Assembly (NCBI GenBank): GCA_964626665.1
Contig: CAZVGK010000030.1
Coordinates: forward strand, 1-39,043
Reading direction: 5' to 3'
DNA: 39,043 nucleotides
DNA from: an uncultured Gemmatimonadota bacterium
GTDB taxonomy: Bacteria > SM23-81 > DAOVCL01
Shown piece by piece: positions 9,142 to 18,810 of this stretch. The translations under genes and the position numbers were made by a program. The notes under the pieces are model-generated. The model was not told the origin of the DNA, ran no database searches, and worked only from the letters and a program-made list of their open reading frames with translations. The first letter of the stretch is position 1; every line of letters begins with the position of its first letter.

Positions 9142-11610
9142 ATGAAAATCTGTGCCCTTATTGTTGTAACCTTTTTCATTTCTTTGGCGCCATTAAGTGC
9201 AGTACGGGGGGCTAATCCGGGGGATGTGATAATTTCTGAGATTTATCCCGACCCAGCCAGCCAGTATGATGGAGCAGAATTTATTGAACTTTATAATACC
9301 ACAGATAGCACCATTGATCTCTCTGGTTGGCAAATTGCAGGAACCGAATATAATGGAACCTGTGGTGGAGAGGATTTTTGGGCATTTCCTTTAGGGCTCG
9401 AAATTCAAGCCCACGGCTATTTGGTTGTGGCAAAGGACGTTGATGATGATGGGTTTTCAGAGGAATTCGGTTTCAACCCGGATTTCGAACTCTATGATGA
9501 AAGCTTCTTCGCCGATAACGACAACCCTCAGGTAGCCAATATGATCCTCCTCACACCAGATCCAGCGACCAACTATAGCGATGAAATTGGTCTCATTCCG
9601 GGCAATGGATATGGTGCCAGATGCACCGATCACAATCAGTATGACGCACTCTATCTTTATGACGGAACTGGGGGAGACCACGGCAATCTTATTGACGCCA
9701 TCGAGTATTGGGATCCAGCGAACTGTACTTCTGAACCCTGCAATGATGTCCCTGGTTCACCCTTCGATGGTTTTCCGGGGGTAGGTATGAGCTTAGGTCG
9801 TGATGCCCTAAACACCGACACCGACAACACCAGTAACGATTTCACTATCCAGGAACCCTCACCGGGAGGACCACCTGCCCAGGGAGTTGGTGTGGCGACC
9901 ATCGACCCCGATGTAGTTGATCTGACCGCCTCAGGACTTACCGAGACGATAACTATCCGCAGCGATAGCATGGGGATAATTCTTACTCAGATCGAGATAG
10001 ACATCCCCAGGAGCTGGCTGTGGGAGATGCCAGGCCCGATGGGTGTCAACCTCTCTGGTCCAGGATTCCCAGATGCCGCGTTTTTTGATACCCTGCAGAG
10101 CGACTCTTCAAAGATTGTAGTTGTGGGAGTAACCATAACAGATGTGGATTTCGGAACGGTAGAAATCATAGAATTGACCTCTCCGAGTTACCCCGGCTAT
10201 TATACCTTTCAAATCAAAACGGCTTACGATGATCAAAAGCTTGCTTTAATTCAACACTCTCCAGAGGTTTATGTAAAGGGGGGAACTATCACCTCCATAT
10301 GCGATATACAGAATAATCCGAGTGAATATGTAGGGAAAATAGTAACCGTCCAGGGTGTAGTTACTATAGGTGCAGGTATTATCGATTCCTCTGCCTTAAG
10401 AGCGTATGTGCAAGATGAATGTGGGAAGGGCATAAATATATTTGATTTCGATCTATCCTTCACAAATGAGTTAGCACGAGGGTATTTAGTCACCGTTAAG
10501 GGCACGATAGATGATTACGGTGGACATACAACGGAGATTAAAAACCCCACTGAGGTTACTGTTATTGACACAAGTGCAGAGTTCCTACCGCCAGCAGTGC
10601 TCACTACGGAGGAAGCCTCGGCCCCAGAATGGGATGGGTCCTGGGTTCAAGTGACTGGTACTGTAACGGGCAAAAGAACAGGATTAGGAGGGGGAACCAA
10701 CATAACAATAAATGACGGAACCGAAGATTTGGCGGTTAGGGTTTGGGACATAACCCATATAAATCTTGATAGTGTAATATTAGAGGGGACATATACAATA
10801 AGAGGAGTTTCAGCTTATTATACCGGAGGCGAGTATTATCAGCTCACCCCTGGCTATCAAGAGGATATTGAAAAGGGAGCTCCCACAGGGGAAGGGATTG
10901 GTGTAGCTACTATCTCGCCCAATACTGTTGACTTTGCTACCTCAAATATCTCTGAGAAAATCGCCATCAGAAGTGACAGCTTGGGGATAACCCTCACCCA
11001 AATAGAGATAGACATCCCCAGTAGTTGGGTTTGGGAGACCCCAGACTCAATGAGTGTTAATCTCTCCGGGCCGGGATTCCCCGCCACAGCCTTTTTTGAA
11101 CCCTCACAAAGCGATTCTTCCAAGATTGTAATTGTGGGAGCGACTATTACAGATGTAGATTATGGAACAGTAGAAATTATAAATTTGACCTCTCCGGATT
11201 ACCCCGGTCACTTTACCTTTCAAGTCAAAACGGCTTACGGTGATCAGAAACTTGAACTGATAAAATACTCTCCAACGGTTTATGTGAAAGGAGTGGGGAA
11301 GGCCACCCTCACCGTCCCCCCACACCCCTTCGCCCCAAATATGGGGGAGAGGCTGGAGATAAAGTTTTCTTCCTCTCCTAATAACTCTATGGCCCTCAAG
11401 CTCTTTGACTTAGAAGGAAGGGTGGTGGTTACCCTGTTTGATGGTCCATCCTCAGGAGGGATGGAAACCATCACTTGGGATGGCCGCAATGAACTCTTTG
11501 AGCGGGTACCCATAGGGGTTTATATCCTCTATCTGGAAGCAACAGATCGTAAGACAGCCAAGACCACCACGGCCAAGGCGCCCATAGTGGTGGCTACGAG
11601 GCTGGATTAA
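9142..11610 (+). CDS. Secreted lamin-tail-domain protein with tandem OB-folds, a duplicated 133-aa domain and an atypical FlgD-Ig C-terminal sorting domain
   Basis: Signal peptide; LTD 'VIISEIYPDP...EFIELYNTT..IDLSGW'; OB-fold 'GKIVTVQGVVT...AYVQD...GYLVTVKGTIDDY' and second OB 'GSWVQVTG...INDGT...YQLTP'; C-terminus 'HPFAPN...WDGRN...GVYILYLEA'. SD GGAGG before ATG 9142. Confidence 0.8.
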   Translation: MKICALIVVTFFISLAPLSAVRGANPGDVIISEIYPDPASQYDGAEFIELYNTTDSTIDLSGWQIAGTEYNGTCGGEDFWAFPLGLEIQAHGYLVVAKDVDDDGFSEEFGFNPDFELYDESFFADNDNPQVANMILLTPDPATNYSDEIGLIPGNGYGARCTDHNQYDALYLYDGTGGDHGNLIDAIEYWDPANCTSEPCNDVPGSPFDGFPGVGMSLGRDALNTDTDNTSNDFTIQEPSPGGPPAQGVGVATIDPDVVDLTASGLTETITIRSDSMGIILTQIEIDIPRSWLWEMPGPMGVNLSGPGFPDAAFFDTLQSDSSKIVVVGVTITDVDFGTVEIIELTSPSYPGYYTFQIKTAYDDQKLALIQHSPEVYVKGGTITSICDIQNNPSEYVGKIVTVQGVVTIGAGIIDSSALRAYVQDECGKGINIFDFDLSFTNELARGYLVTVKGTIDDYGGHTTEIKNPTEVTVIDTSAEFLPPAVLTTEEASAPEWDGSWVQVTGTVTGKRTGLGGGTNITINDGTEDLAVRVWDITHINLDSVILEGTYTIRGVSAYYTGGEYYQLTPGYQEDIEKGAPTGEGIGVATISPNTVDFATSNISEKIAIRSDSLGITLTQIEIDIPSSWVWETPDSMSVNLSGPGFPATAFFEPSQSDSSKIVIVGATITDVDYGTVEIINLTSPDYPGHFTFQVKTAYGDQKLELIKYSPTVYVKGVGKATLTVPPHPFAPNMGERLEIKFSSSPNNSMALKLFDLEGRVVVTLFDGPSSGGMETITWDGRNELFERVPIGVYILYLEATDRKTAKTTTAKAPIVVATRLD

Positions 11611-11635
11611 GGGGAGGAATTATTATTCAGGCCAC

Positions 11636-12003
11636 TAAGTAGATTACATGTCATTGCGAACGAAGTGAAGCAATCTCCAAGGGATTGCTTCGTCCCGATT
11701 TCATCGGGATTCGCAACGACTTCGTTGGGTTGCTTCGCCGCGGCGCTTGTGCTGAGCGTTAGCGAAGCGCTCCCCGCAATGACCAATGAGATACCAATGT
11801 GTAGACTTATAAATGTGACCTAAGTTCTTCCGAGCCGTCAGATGCCCTCATCTGACGACACTGGTGGCAGAACGGGGGTTCTGCCACCTCCGATGGCGCA
11901 ACCTTAGAGGGCCGCTCTTAGATCGGGGTCTGTCAGGGCAGGAGCCCTGACAGCACAAGGGAAATGTTCCAAAGATCCAGTGAAATCCGTGCAATCTGTG
12001 GCT
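11636..12003. repeat. Mosaic of REP-like/palindromic repeats
   Basis: gtcattgcga..gaagcaatctc / gattgcttcg..cgcaatgac family (11650-11783) with nested tcccgat-ttc-atcggga; gtcagatg-ccct-catctgac (11837-11856); ggtggcagaac-gggg-gttctgccacc (11863-11888); ctgtcagggc-agga-gccctgacag (11930-11953). Confidence 0.85.
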
Positions 12004-12048
12004 GTCGGTTTTGTCACACGGTGAACTCTTAAAAAAGGAGGCTTATAA

Positions 12049-12924
12049 TTGAAAAGGAAGATTATTCTGGGGACAATTGCCCTTGCCTTTCTTCTCGCTC
12101 AGCAGGGATTCGCTGTCTTCCTCAATCTAAGGCCGGGGGCGCGGCCCCTGGCTATGGGAGGGTCATTTGTGGCCCTGGCAGATGATGGATTTGCCATATA
12201 CTACAATCCCGCTGGCCTCTGTCAGGTAACCGATTATCAGTTTCACTCATCCTACCAAAAGCCCTTTGGCTTGAGCTTTCTCTCCCATAGCTGGGCCGAT
12301 CTAACCATCCCCATTGGAGACTATGGAACCCTTGGCTTCTCCTTTCAGAAGCTGGGGGTAGAATACAAGGGAGTGGAGATGGAAGGAGAGAAGACCTTCC
12401 AGTTCGGACAGGGCTTCAGGTTGATAGGGGATATCCACAGTTGGCTCTCCTTAGGATATGCCATTAACCTCTACTCCTTGGAGTTTGGCAGATCTGTGGG
12501 GGGAGTGGACCTGGGATCGGCACATACCATCGGGATAGATATCGGGGGCTTAGCAGGGATCTGGCGGAGGACCAGGTTGGGGTTTATGGCCCGCAACCTC
12601 AACAACCCTCAGATGGGCAAGGGGACCAAATTTGACCTACCCCAGAGCATTATTGTGGGAGTGTGTTACTCCCCCTATAAGGGGATGCTCACCAACTGGG
12701 ATGTGGAGAAGGAACTGAATAGCGAGACGCAGCTTCACTTCGGGGTAGAGAGCAAGCTAACAAACTCCCTCGACCTCAGGGTGGGGCTACAGAACAATCC
12801 CAACCTTTATACCTTGGGAATGGGCATCTACTACCAAGGCATCTCCTTCGATTACGCCTTTTCCTACAACTCCCAACCAGGTTCAACCCATCAGTTTACC
12901 TTGGGTTATAGGTTCAAAAGGTAG
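12049..12924 (+). CDS. PorV/PorQ/PorP-like T9SS-associated outer-membrane beta-barrel
   Basis: TTG start with SD AAGGAGG; signal peptide; 'GARPLAMGGSFVALADDGFAIYYNPAGL' motif; amphipathic strands ending 'THQFTLGYRF'. Confidence 0.8.
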   Translation: MKRKIILGTIALAFLLAQQGFAVFLNLRPGARPLAMGGSFVALADDGFAIYYNPAGLCQVTDYQFHSSYQKPFGLSFLSHSWADLTIPIGDYGTLGFSFQKLGVEYKGVEMEGEKTFQFGQGFRLIGDIHSWLSLGYAINLYSLEFGRSVGGVDLGSAHTIGIDIGGLAGIWRRTRLGFMARNLNNPQMGKGTKFDLPQSIIVGVCYSPYKGMLTNWDVEKELNSETQLHFGVESKLTNSLDLRVGLQNNPNLYTLGMGIYYQGISFDYAFSYNSQPGSTHQFTLGYRFKR

Positions 12925-12937
12925 GAGGAGGAAAGAG

Positions 12938-15406
12938 ATGAAAAAGCTGATTAAAGCAGGAACCCTGGCCCTCTTTCTCCTTTTTCCACTTCCGCTCTGC
13001 GGGGAGGGATATACCCCACAGAATCAATTGGATATAAACCATGCCACCCTGCAAGAGATAGAGAAACTCCCCATCTCTCGGGCGGATGCCCTCTCCATCT
13101 ACAACTATATTTATTACCGCTCCTATTTGGGGAGCATCTATGATCTACGGCAGATACCTCAGATTGATCAGGAAAAGTTTAACCGGATCAAACCATTGAT
13201 CAAGGTAACCCTTGTGGAGGAGGGGAGTGAAGAATTAAGCAGGAGAAACGCTATCTACTATCGCATATCCCAATGGGCCTCCACCGAAGGGACAAATGAG
13301 GGCCTGGTGGATACCTGGATGGACATCGCCATCTCCCCCTTGAATGTGAACACCGCCTCCCTCTACGACCTGATGAACCTACAGAATGTCTCCCCGGTGG
13401 ATGCGCTGGCCATCGTCAAGCACCGCCAGAGAGCAGGAAGAATCGCCCACCGGGGTGAGTTGAGAAAAGTCCCCGGCTTATCTGGTTGGGGTTATTCCAA
13501 TGCTAGGTACTTCCTGAGATATACCCCCAAAGAAGAGAGGAAGGAGATCCATGGCGACTACCAGCTAAGGCTTTACAACACCCCAATGGAGAAGGACCTA
13601 ATGGATGCCTTCCGGGAGAACACCCAGGGAACTGGCGGCGGATATACATCTTGGTACGACCGCCTCAAGCTCTACCAGGAGAGACCTGCTTGGACCAACA
13701 AGCTGCGGCTAAGATGGGGAAATCACCTCAAGTTGGGCCTGCTCACTCACAGAAATCAGGGGGAAGAGCTAAAAAAGGGGGAGCTCGGTTTGCGCACCCC
13801 GGCTACCCTCAAATGGTATCTGAGCTTGGCGGGGATGAAATGGGGGGGATTCTCCTTGCAGAGGGCCGTTCTGGGCAATTATATGCTGGCCTTTGGCCAG
13901 GGGTTGGTAATGGAGAATACGGACTTCTTTAAACCGCGCAAATCCGGTTTCTCCTGGGACAAACGATACATCGGTGTCTTGGGGGACCTCTCCCGCACCG
14001 AGGAGTTTGCCTTAAGGGGCATAGCCCTGCAGGGTTCCTGGCAAAGTTTGGATGGCATCCTTTTCTACTCCAATGACAGAAAAGATGCCATCCTCAACTC
14101 AGATGGAAGCGTCTACTCCTATATCGTGATGACCCCAAAGATGGGGAACAAGGAAAGGGAGGAGTATGGCCTCCCTCCAATGAGGGATGTCTTAAAGGAG
14201 CAGACCTATGGAGGATACTTAAGATTTAGTCCCATCTTGGGAAGCCACATTGGGCTTAGCTACTATGAAAGCCTCTACAACCGCTGGTTCGATCCGCAAT
14301 CCGCGACGGTTGTTGCCCGCAGCGACAAATTGGTAACCACGGACAGCGAGATATTCAATCTCTACAAAAGCCCGGGGAAGTTCCGCCGCCTCTATGGGGT
14401 GGACTTTCAGACCATCTACAAAAACCTTTCCCTGCAGGGGGAGTATGCCGTGCTGGATACGGCAGATTCACCCTCCCGCCAAAATCCCTGGGCCATCATC
14501 CTCAGCGGCTACCTCCAGTGGGAAAACTTTAACCTCTTGGCCCTTTACCGCAACTACGACCTTGCCTATGACAATCCCTATTGTCGGGGCTTCTCCAATT
14601 ACCAGAGGTTTAAAGGGACAATCCTGGAGGATGAGTACTACCTCAAGGACCCCTGGTATGGCCTCCTCTACGATAACTCGGTAACACCCCAGGCAGAGGA
14701 AGGCCTTTATCTCTCCTCCCGCTATCGGATAGCCGAAAAACTCATCCCCCAGATAGAATTTGACAACTGGGTGCGCAAGGCCGATGGGGCCCATTACTCC
14801 AGGGTAGTGGCCAAATTGGAATACAGGCTCATCTATCCTTTAAGGTTCAAGTTGAGGCAGAAATGGCAATCAAGGAATTGGTCCAATGGGCTTACCCCCA
14901 CCAGCTTCGATGCCGTCTCCACCCGCCTCCATCTGAATGCCCGCCTCTCCGGCTATGACAACATCGACTTCCTCTATGTCACCGGGTATACCAAGTGGCC
15001 CCCTCGCCCCAGGCTTATAAATGATGCCAAGGCGGATTCAGCCCATCCTGTTTCCGGCCAGGTGGCTCAACCATCTGAGGTTATAGGGGCCACATTTACC
15101 CACAACTTCAACGAGAACTTAACTCTAAAGGCCTTTGCCGGTATTTACGACGGCTTCTTCTGGACATTTGAGGACAATGAGTTCTTAGTGCTCGATGGAA
15201 ACTCCTATCGCTACTGGTTCTCCATTGCCGACCGGCTATCGCCGAAATTATCGGTAAAGTTTAAATATACTTTAGATCGCTCCCTGCCCCGTAGCTGGGT
15301 GGATGCCCGTGCCTATGGGAATAAACCCTGGGGCAACGATCCTGATGCCTGGAATGTGAGGGAATTTTCTCCTTCATTCAGGCTGCAGATTGACTATAAC
15401 TGGTAA
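12938..15406 (+). CDS. Outer-membrane beta-barrel with two N-terminal ComEA-like helix-hairpin-helix domains
   Basis: Signal peptide; 'LDINHATLQEIEKLP...DLRQIPQI' and 'LNVNTASLYDLMNL...ELRKVPGL'; 'LGNYMLAFGQGLV' motif; C-terminal aromatic beta-signal 'LQIDYNW'. Confidence 0.8.
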   Translation: MKKLIKAGTLALFLLFPLPLCGEGYTPQNQLDINHATLQEIEKLPISRADALSIYNYIYYRSYLGSIYDLRQIPQIDQEKFNRIKPLIKVTLVEEGSEELSRRNAIYYRISQWASTEGTNEGLVDTWMDIAISPLNVNTASLYDLMNLQNVSPVDALAIVKHRQRAGRIAHRGELRKVPGLSGWGYSNARYFLRYTPKEERKEIHGDYQLRLYNTPMEKDLMDAFRENTQGTGGGYTSWYDRLKLYQERPAWTNKLRLRWGNHLKLGLLTHRNQGEELKKGELGLRTPATLKWYLSLAGMKWGGFSLQRAVLGNYMLAFGQGLVMENTDFFKPRKSGFSWDKRYIGVLGDLSRTEEFALRGIALQGSWQSLDGILFYSNDRKDAILNSDGSVYSYIVMTPKMGNKEREEYGLPPMRDVLKEQTYGGYLRFSPILGSHIGLSYYESLYNRWFDPQSATVVARSDKLVTTDSEIFNLYKSPGKFRRLYGVDFQTIYKNLSLQGEYAVLDTADSPSRQNPWAIILSGYLQWENFNLLALYRNYDLAYDNPYCRGFSNYQRFKGTILEDEYYLKDPWYGLLYDNSVTPQAEEGLYLSSRYRIAEKLIPQIEFDNWVRKADGAHYSRVVAKLEYRLIYPLRFKLRQKWQSRNWSNGLTPTSFDAVSTRLHLNARLSGYDNIDFLYVTGYTKWPPRPRLINDAKADSAHPVSGQVAQPSEVIGATFTHNFNENLTLKAFAGIYDGFFWTFEDNEFLVLDGNSYRYWFSIADRLSPKLSVKFKYTLDRSLPRSWVDARAYGNKPWGNDPDAWNVREFSPSFRLQIDYNW

Positions 15407-15419
15407 GATGGAGGCCAAG

Positions 15420-16673
15420 ATGAAAAATAGACTTTTGCTCTTCCCGCTAATGCTTTTGCTTTTTACCCCCTTAAGCTTAGCTCAGAGCTACACCTTTTAC
15501 GACACATATTATGGAGAGAGGATAACTGCCTTAACTGCCCGCTCCTTATCCTTAGGACATACCGGAGTAGTCAGCGAACCACTGGCAATAGCCCTTAACC
15601 CGGCCCTCTCCTCAGAGGTAAAAAACCTACTGCTGGCAACTTCCCTGAAGGTTACCCAAACCTCCGAGAATAGGGCATTCCCCGTGCATGATAGCTTTGA
15701 GGGCTTTCTCACCTACAACACCTATGCAATGAACACCAACTATTACAATGACTTCTCCATTGCGGTCGTCAAGGGGTTTACCCACAAATACCTTCCCTCA
15801 ATAGGTCTGGCCTACTACCCATTCTCTAACTTCAGATATGATTACGAGGAGGAGATAAGGGGGCAGGAAGATCCAAACAAGGATAAACTCCTGGCCAGGA
15901 ATTTGATAAAGTCCTCTGGGGGGATAAACTCTCTTTCCTTCAGTCTCTCCCACGGGATAACCCCTCGGCTCGGGGTAGGGGCTTCCCTGAACATCTTGAG
16001 AGGAACGGAAAAAGAGTCTAAGGAGACCGACTTTTTGGACACCACCCAGGCCAGCCCTCAAGAGGTATGGAGGAACAGATCCCTTAAGGGAAGTAACATC
16101 TCCCTGGGTCTCACCTATAAACCCTCGGGCAGAATTAGGTTTGGGCTTTCCTATAGATCAAAACCAACCATCGAGGGCAACCATCACTACCAGGATTTCT
16201 TGGGGGATTCCCTTCGAGCAGATACCACTCTCAGCTATAACCTCACTTACCCCTGGGAGGTCCACCTGGGAGTAGAGTATAGGCCGCGGAGCAAGCTGCA
16301 GACCCGGGTCTACCTGGAAACCCAGTTTGGTAGGTGGTCTAAACTTCGAGCCGAACCACCAGATACCTCTCTCCTCAAATTGAGGGATGTCTGGGAGATA
16401 AGAGGAGGCGTAGAACACATTTTTTTCAACGGGATACCAGCCAGGTTCGGCTTCCTCTATCAGCCCTCCCCCTATGGGCAAGATATGGCCCGTTCGGTTT
16501 TCACCTTTGGCACCGGGTTTGAGAGCAAGGGGATGAAGATCGATCTCGGTGGCGAGATAGGAAACAGGGAATACAGACAGGCAGATCTTTTTCCAGAGAG
16601 CTCACCGCCGAGGAAGGACCGGGTAAAGGAGTCCTTGCTTAAGCTTATGCTAACGGCAAGTTATCAAATTTAG
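15420..16673 (+). CDS. OmpP1/FadL-like outer-membrane channel
   Basis: SD GGAGG before ATG 15420; signal peptide; 'ARSLSLG...AIALNPAL' hatch-type motif; amphipathic strands; 'RFGLSYRS', 'YPWEVHLGVEY'. Confidence 0.7.
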   Translation: MKNRLLLFPLMLLLFTPLSLAQSYTFYDTYYGERITALTARSLSLGHTGVVSEPLAIALNPALSSEVKNLLLATSLKVTQTSENRAFPVHDSFEGFLTYNTYAMNTNYYNDFSIAVVKGFTHKYLPSIGLAYYPFSNFRYDYEEEIRGQEDPNKDKLLARNLIKSSGGINSLSFSLSHGITPRLGVGASLNILRGTEKESKETDFLDTTQASPQEVWRNRSLKGSNISLGLTYKPSGRIRFGLSYRSKPTIEGNHHYQDFLGDSLRADTTLSYNLTYPWEVHLGVEYRPRSKLQTRVYLETQFGRWSKLRAEPPDTSLLKLRDVWEIRGGVEHIFFNGIPARFGFLYQPSPYGQDMARSVFTFGTGFESKGMKIDLGGEIGNREYRQADLFPESSPPRKDRVKESLLKLMLTASYQI

Positions 16674-16685
16674 GAGGTAATCACC

Positions 16686-18359
16686 TTGAAACAATTGCGA
16701 GCCATCTATCTGATTATCGCCCTTTTTCTGATAAGCACCTCTTCCCTATGGGCAATTGAGGGGCAGAGAATTGTGGTTATGCACACAAATGATATCCATG
16801 GCTTCATCGGGCAACAGAAAGCTACCTTTATGAGCCGAGAGTTCCCTCCCTCCCTGGGAGGTGGGGCTTCCCAGGCTTCCATCATTGAGGTGGAGAGGAA
16901 AAGGGCCCAGGAAAACGGCTGGGGTTTCCTGCTCATCGATGATGGGGACATTTTCCAAGGCGCCCCTGTGGGGACAAAGACCAAGGGTAGGGCGGTAATC
17001 GACTATATGAACAGGGTAGGCTATGACCTGATGGCTGTGGGGAATCATGACTTCGACGAAGGGTTGGATAACCTGCGGGAACTGGCCGGGATGGCCAAAT
17101 TCCCCTTCTTGGGGGCCAATGTGGTTGATTCAGAGACCGGGGAGATATTGGATTTCCTCGAGCCATATATCATCAAAGATGTCGGGGGGATCAAACTGGG
17201 GATAATTGGCCTCTGCACCACGGAAACCCAACAGATGAGCTTTCCCGGGAACATAGAGGGGGTAAAGTTCCTTCCTGTAGCTCCAGTAATGGAAAGGTAT
17301 ATCAAGGAGGTTAGAGGTAAAGGGGTTGATCTGGTTATTGGCTCAGTTCACTTAGGGATACCCTGGGGGGTAGAGGATGCTTACCAAAGGATGATGGAAA
17401 GGGAGAAAAGGGGGGAGGAGAGAACCTGGATGATCAATGCTATGGAGCTTGCCCACCAGATTCCGGGGATAGACATCCTCTTCTGTGGCCACATCCATGT
17501 AGGCTATCGCCACCCCTGGGAGGAACCATTCCACCATACCCTCCTCTTCCAGACCTACGCTTATGGATCAAGCTTAGGGGAGGTCACCTTTATTGTGGAT
17601 AGGAAGACAAAGACTGTAGCCGGATACGAACTCCCCACCAAATATGGGGGGCTTATCACCCCCTTCTCCGATGAGTTCTGGCCAGATCCGGCGATAGCCC
17701 GGAAAATAGAGGAAGAAGTCATCCGGGTAGAAGAGGGGATGAATATCCCCATCGGCTACACCAAGGTGAACATTACCCGAGGAGATGCTTCTGATAACCT
17801 GATGGGCTTTGTCGTTGTTGATGCCATGAGGGAGAGGATGGGAGGGGATTTTGCCTTCACCAATTTGGGGGGCATAAGGAAGGAGATACCTGCTGGGCCC
17901 ATAACTACCAAGAATATCTTTGAAGTTCTCCCCTTTGGTAACCAGGCGGTGATCATCAAGATGGATGGCCGTTTCCTGAAAAAGATTTTAGAGATCAGGG
18001 TCAGCGAGGATCACCACGGCCTGATCATCTCCGGGGGCAAGGTGGTATATAACCATAACCGGCCGGATATGGACAGGGTAACCCTCTTCGAGGTGGGAGG
18101 AGAGGTCCTCGACCCAGACAGGATCTACAATGTGGTGACCACTGACTTTATCGCTCAGGGAAACATTGGATTGAACATTCTCACCACCATTCCCCAGGAC
18201 GAGATCTATTATTCAGGGGTCCCAGTCAGAATTATGGTGTTTGAGTATATCAAAAACCATTCCCCCCTCTCTCCTCAGGTGGATGGAAGATGGCTGCGGG
18301 ACGATAACTCAGAGATGGATGAGCGGTTAAGGAAGTCATTTAAACAGGCTGCTTTCTAA
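16686..18359 (+). CDS. Exported bifunctional metallophosphatase / 5'-nucleotidase (UshA/CD73-like)
   Basis: TTG start with SD AGGAGG; signal peptide; 'HTNDIHG', 'DDGDIFQG', 'GNHDFD', 'GHIH'; C-terminal nucleotidase domain 'NLGGIR...VLPFGN'. No T9SS CTD. Confidence 0.92.
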   Translation: MKQLRAIYLIIALFLISTSSLWAIEGQRIVVMHTNDIHGFIGQQKATFMSREFPPSLGGGASQASIIEVERKRAQENGWGFLLIDDGDIFQGAPVGTKTKGRAVIDYMNRVGYDLMAVGNHDFDEGLDNLRELAGMAKFPFLGANVVDSETGEILDFLEPYIIKDVGGIKLGIIGLCTTETQQMSFPGNIEGVKFLPVAPVMERYIKEVRGKGVDLVIGSVHLGIPWGVEDAYQRMMEREKRGEERTWMINAMELAHQIPGIDILFCGHIHVGYRHPWEEPFHHTLLFQTYAYGSSLGEVTFIVDRKTKTVAGYELPTKYGGLITPFSDEFWPDPAIARKIEEEVIRVEEGMNIPIGYTKVNITRGDASDNLMGFVVVDAMRERMGGDFAFTNLGGIRKEIPAGPITTKNIFEVLPFGNQAVIIKMDGRFLKKILEIRVSEDHHGLIISGGKVVYNHNRPDMDRVTLFEVGGEVLDPDRIYNVVTTDFIAQGNIGLNILTTIPQDEIYYSGVPVRIMVFEYIKNHSPLSPQVDGRWLRDDNSEMDERLRKSFKQAAF

Positions 18360-18402
18360 CAAGTGAACACCTAAGGAATATGGGCAAATATTCCACGGTG
18401 GA

Positions 18403-18462
18403 GAGCCGTCAGATCCCCGATCTGACAACAAGGGTAAGGTGGCAGAATCGGGGTTCTGCTCC
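18403..18462. repeat. REP-like hairpin doublet
   Basis: gagccgtcagatc-ccc-gatctgaca followed by ggtggcagaa-tcgggg-ttctgctcc; same order as at 11832-11888. Confidence 0.8.
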
Positions 18463-18550
18463 CTATGTTTTTTCAATTTTACTATTTGTACTACAATCTT
18501 GCAAGATCTCGTTTTTTGAGCAAAGTTTTATAGGTAGGGCTGAGCAGCCA

Positions 18551-18694
18551 ACTTCTACCGCATCTTAGCGCGGGTTCAGGGCCTTTAAACCCTAAAGGAA
18601 TTGCATTGTAGGGACAGGTCTTCAGACCTGTCCGTCGAGCCCCCTGGGCTAAAGCCCAGGAAAGGTTACCCCCCGCTTTAGCGGGGGTAGAAGT
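18551..18694 (+). mobile_element. MITE-like element (ACTTCTACC...GGTAGAAGT) with a nested GTAG-type REP hairpin
   Basis: Perfect 9-bp terminal inverted repeat; related inverted copy at 24577-24677; nested gtagggacaggtc-ttca-gacctgtcc at 18608-18633. Confidence 0.65.
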
Positions 18695-18810
18695 GTATGG
18701 GTCGGGGGGAACGAAATATAATGATTTCTTGGCTGCAGCTTTGCCGGACTGCGAATGGTAACATCCAAGCAGTGGGTTGTAGTGGGAATATCCCTAAAAT
18801 AAGGAGTAAA

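Noticed and set aside
18697-18810. Longer N-termini from the ORF track (also starts 1862, 9130, 15390, 37852)
   Set aside because: Downstream ATGs have SD sequences and begin directly with signal peptides.
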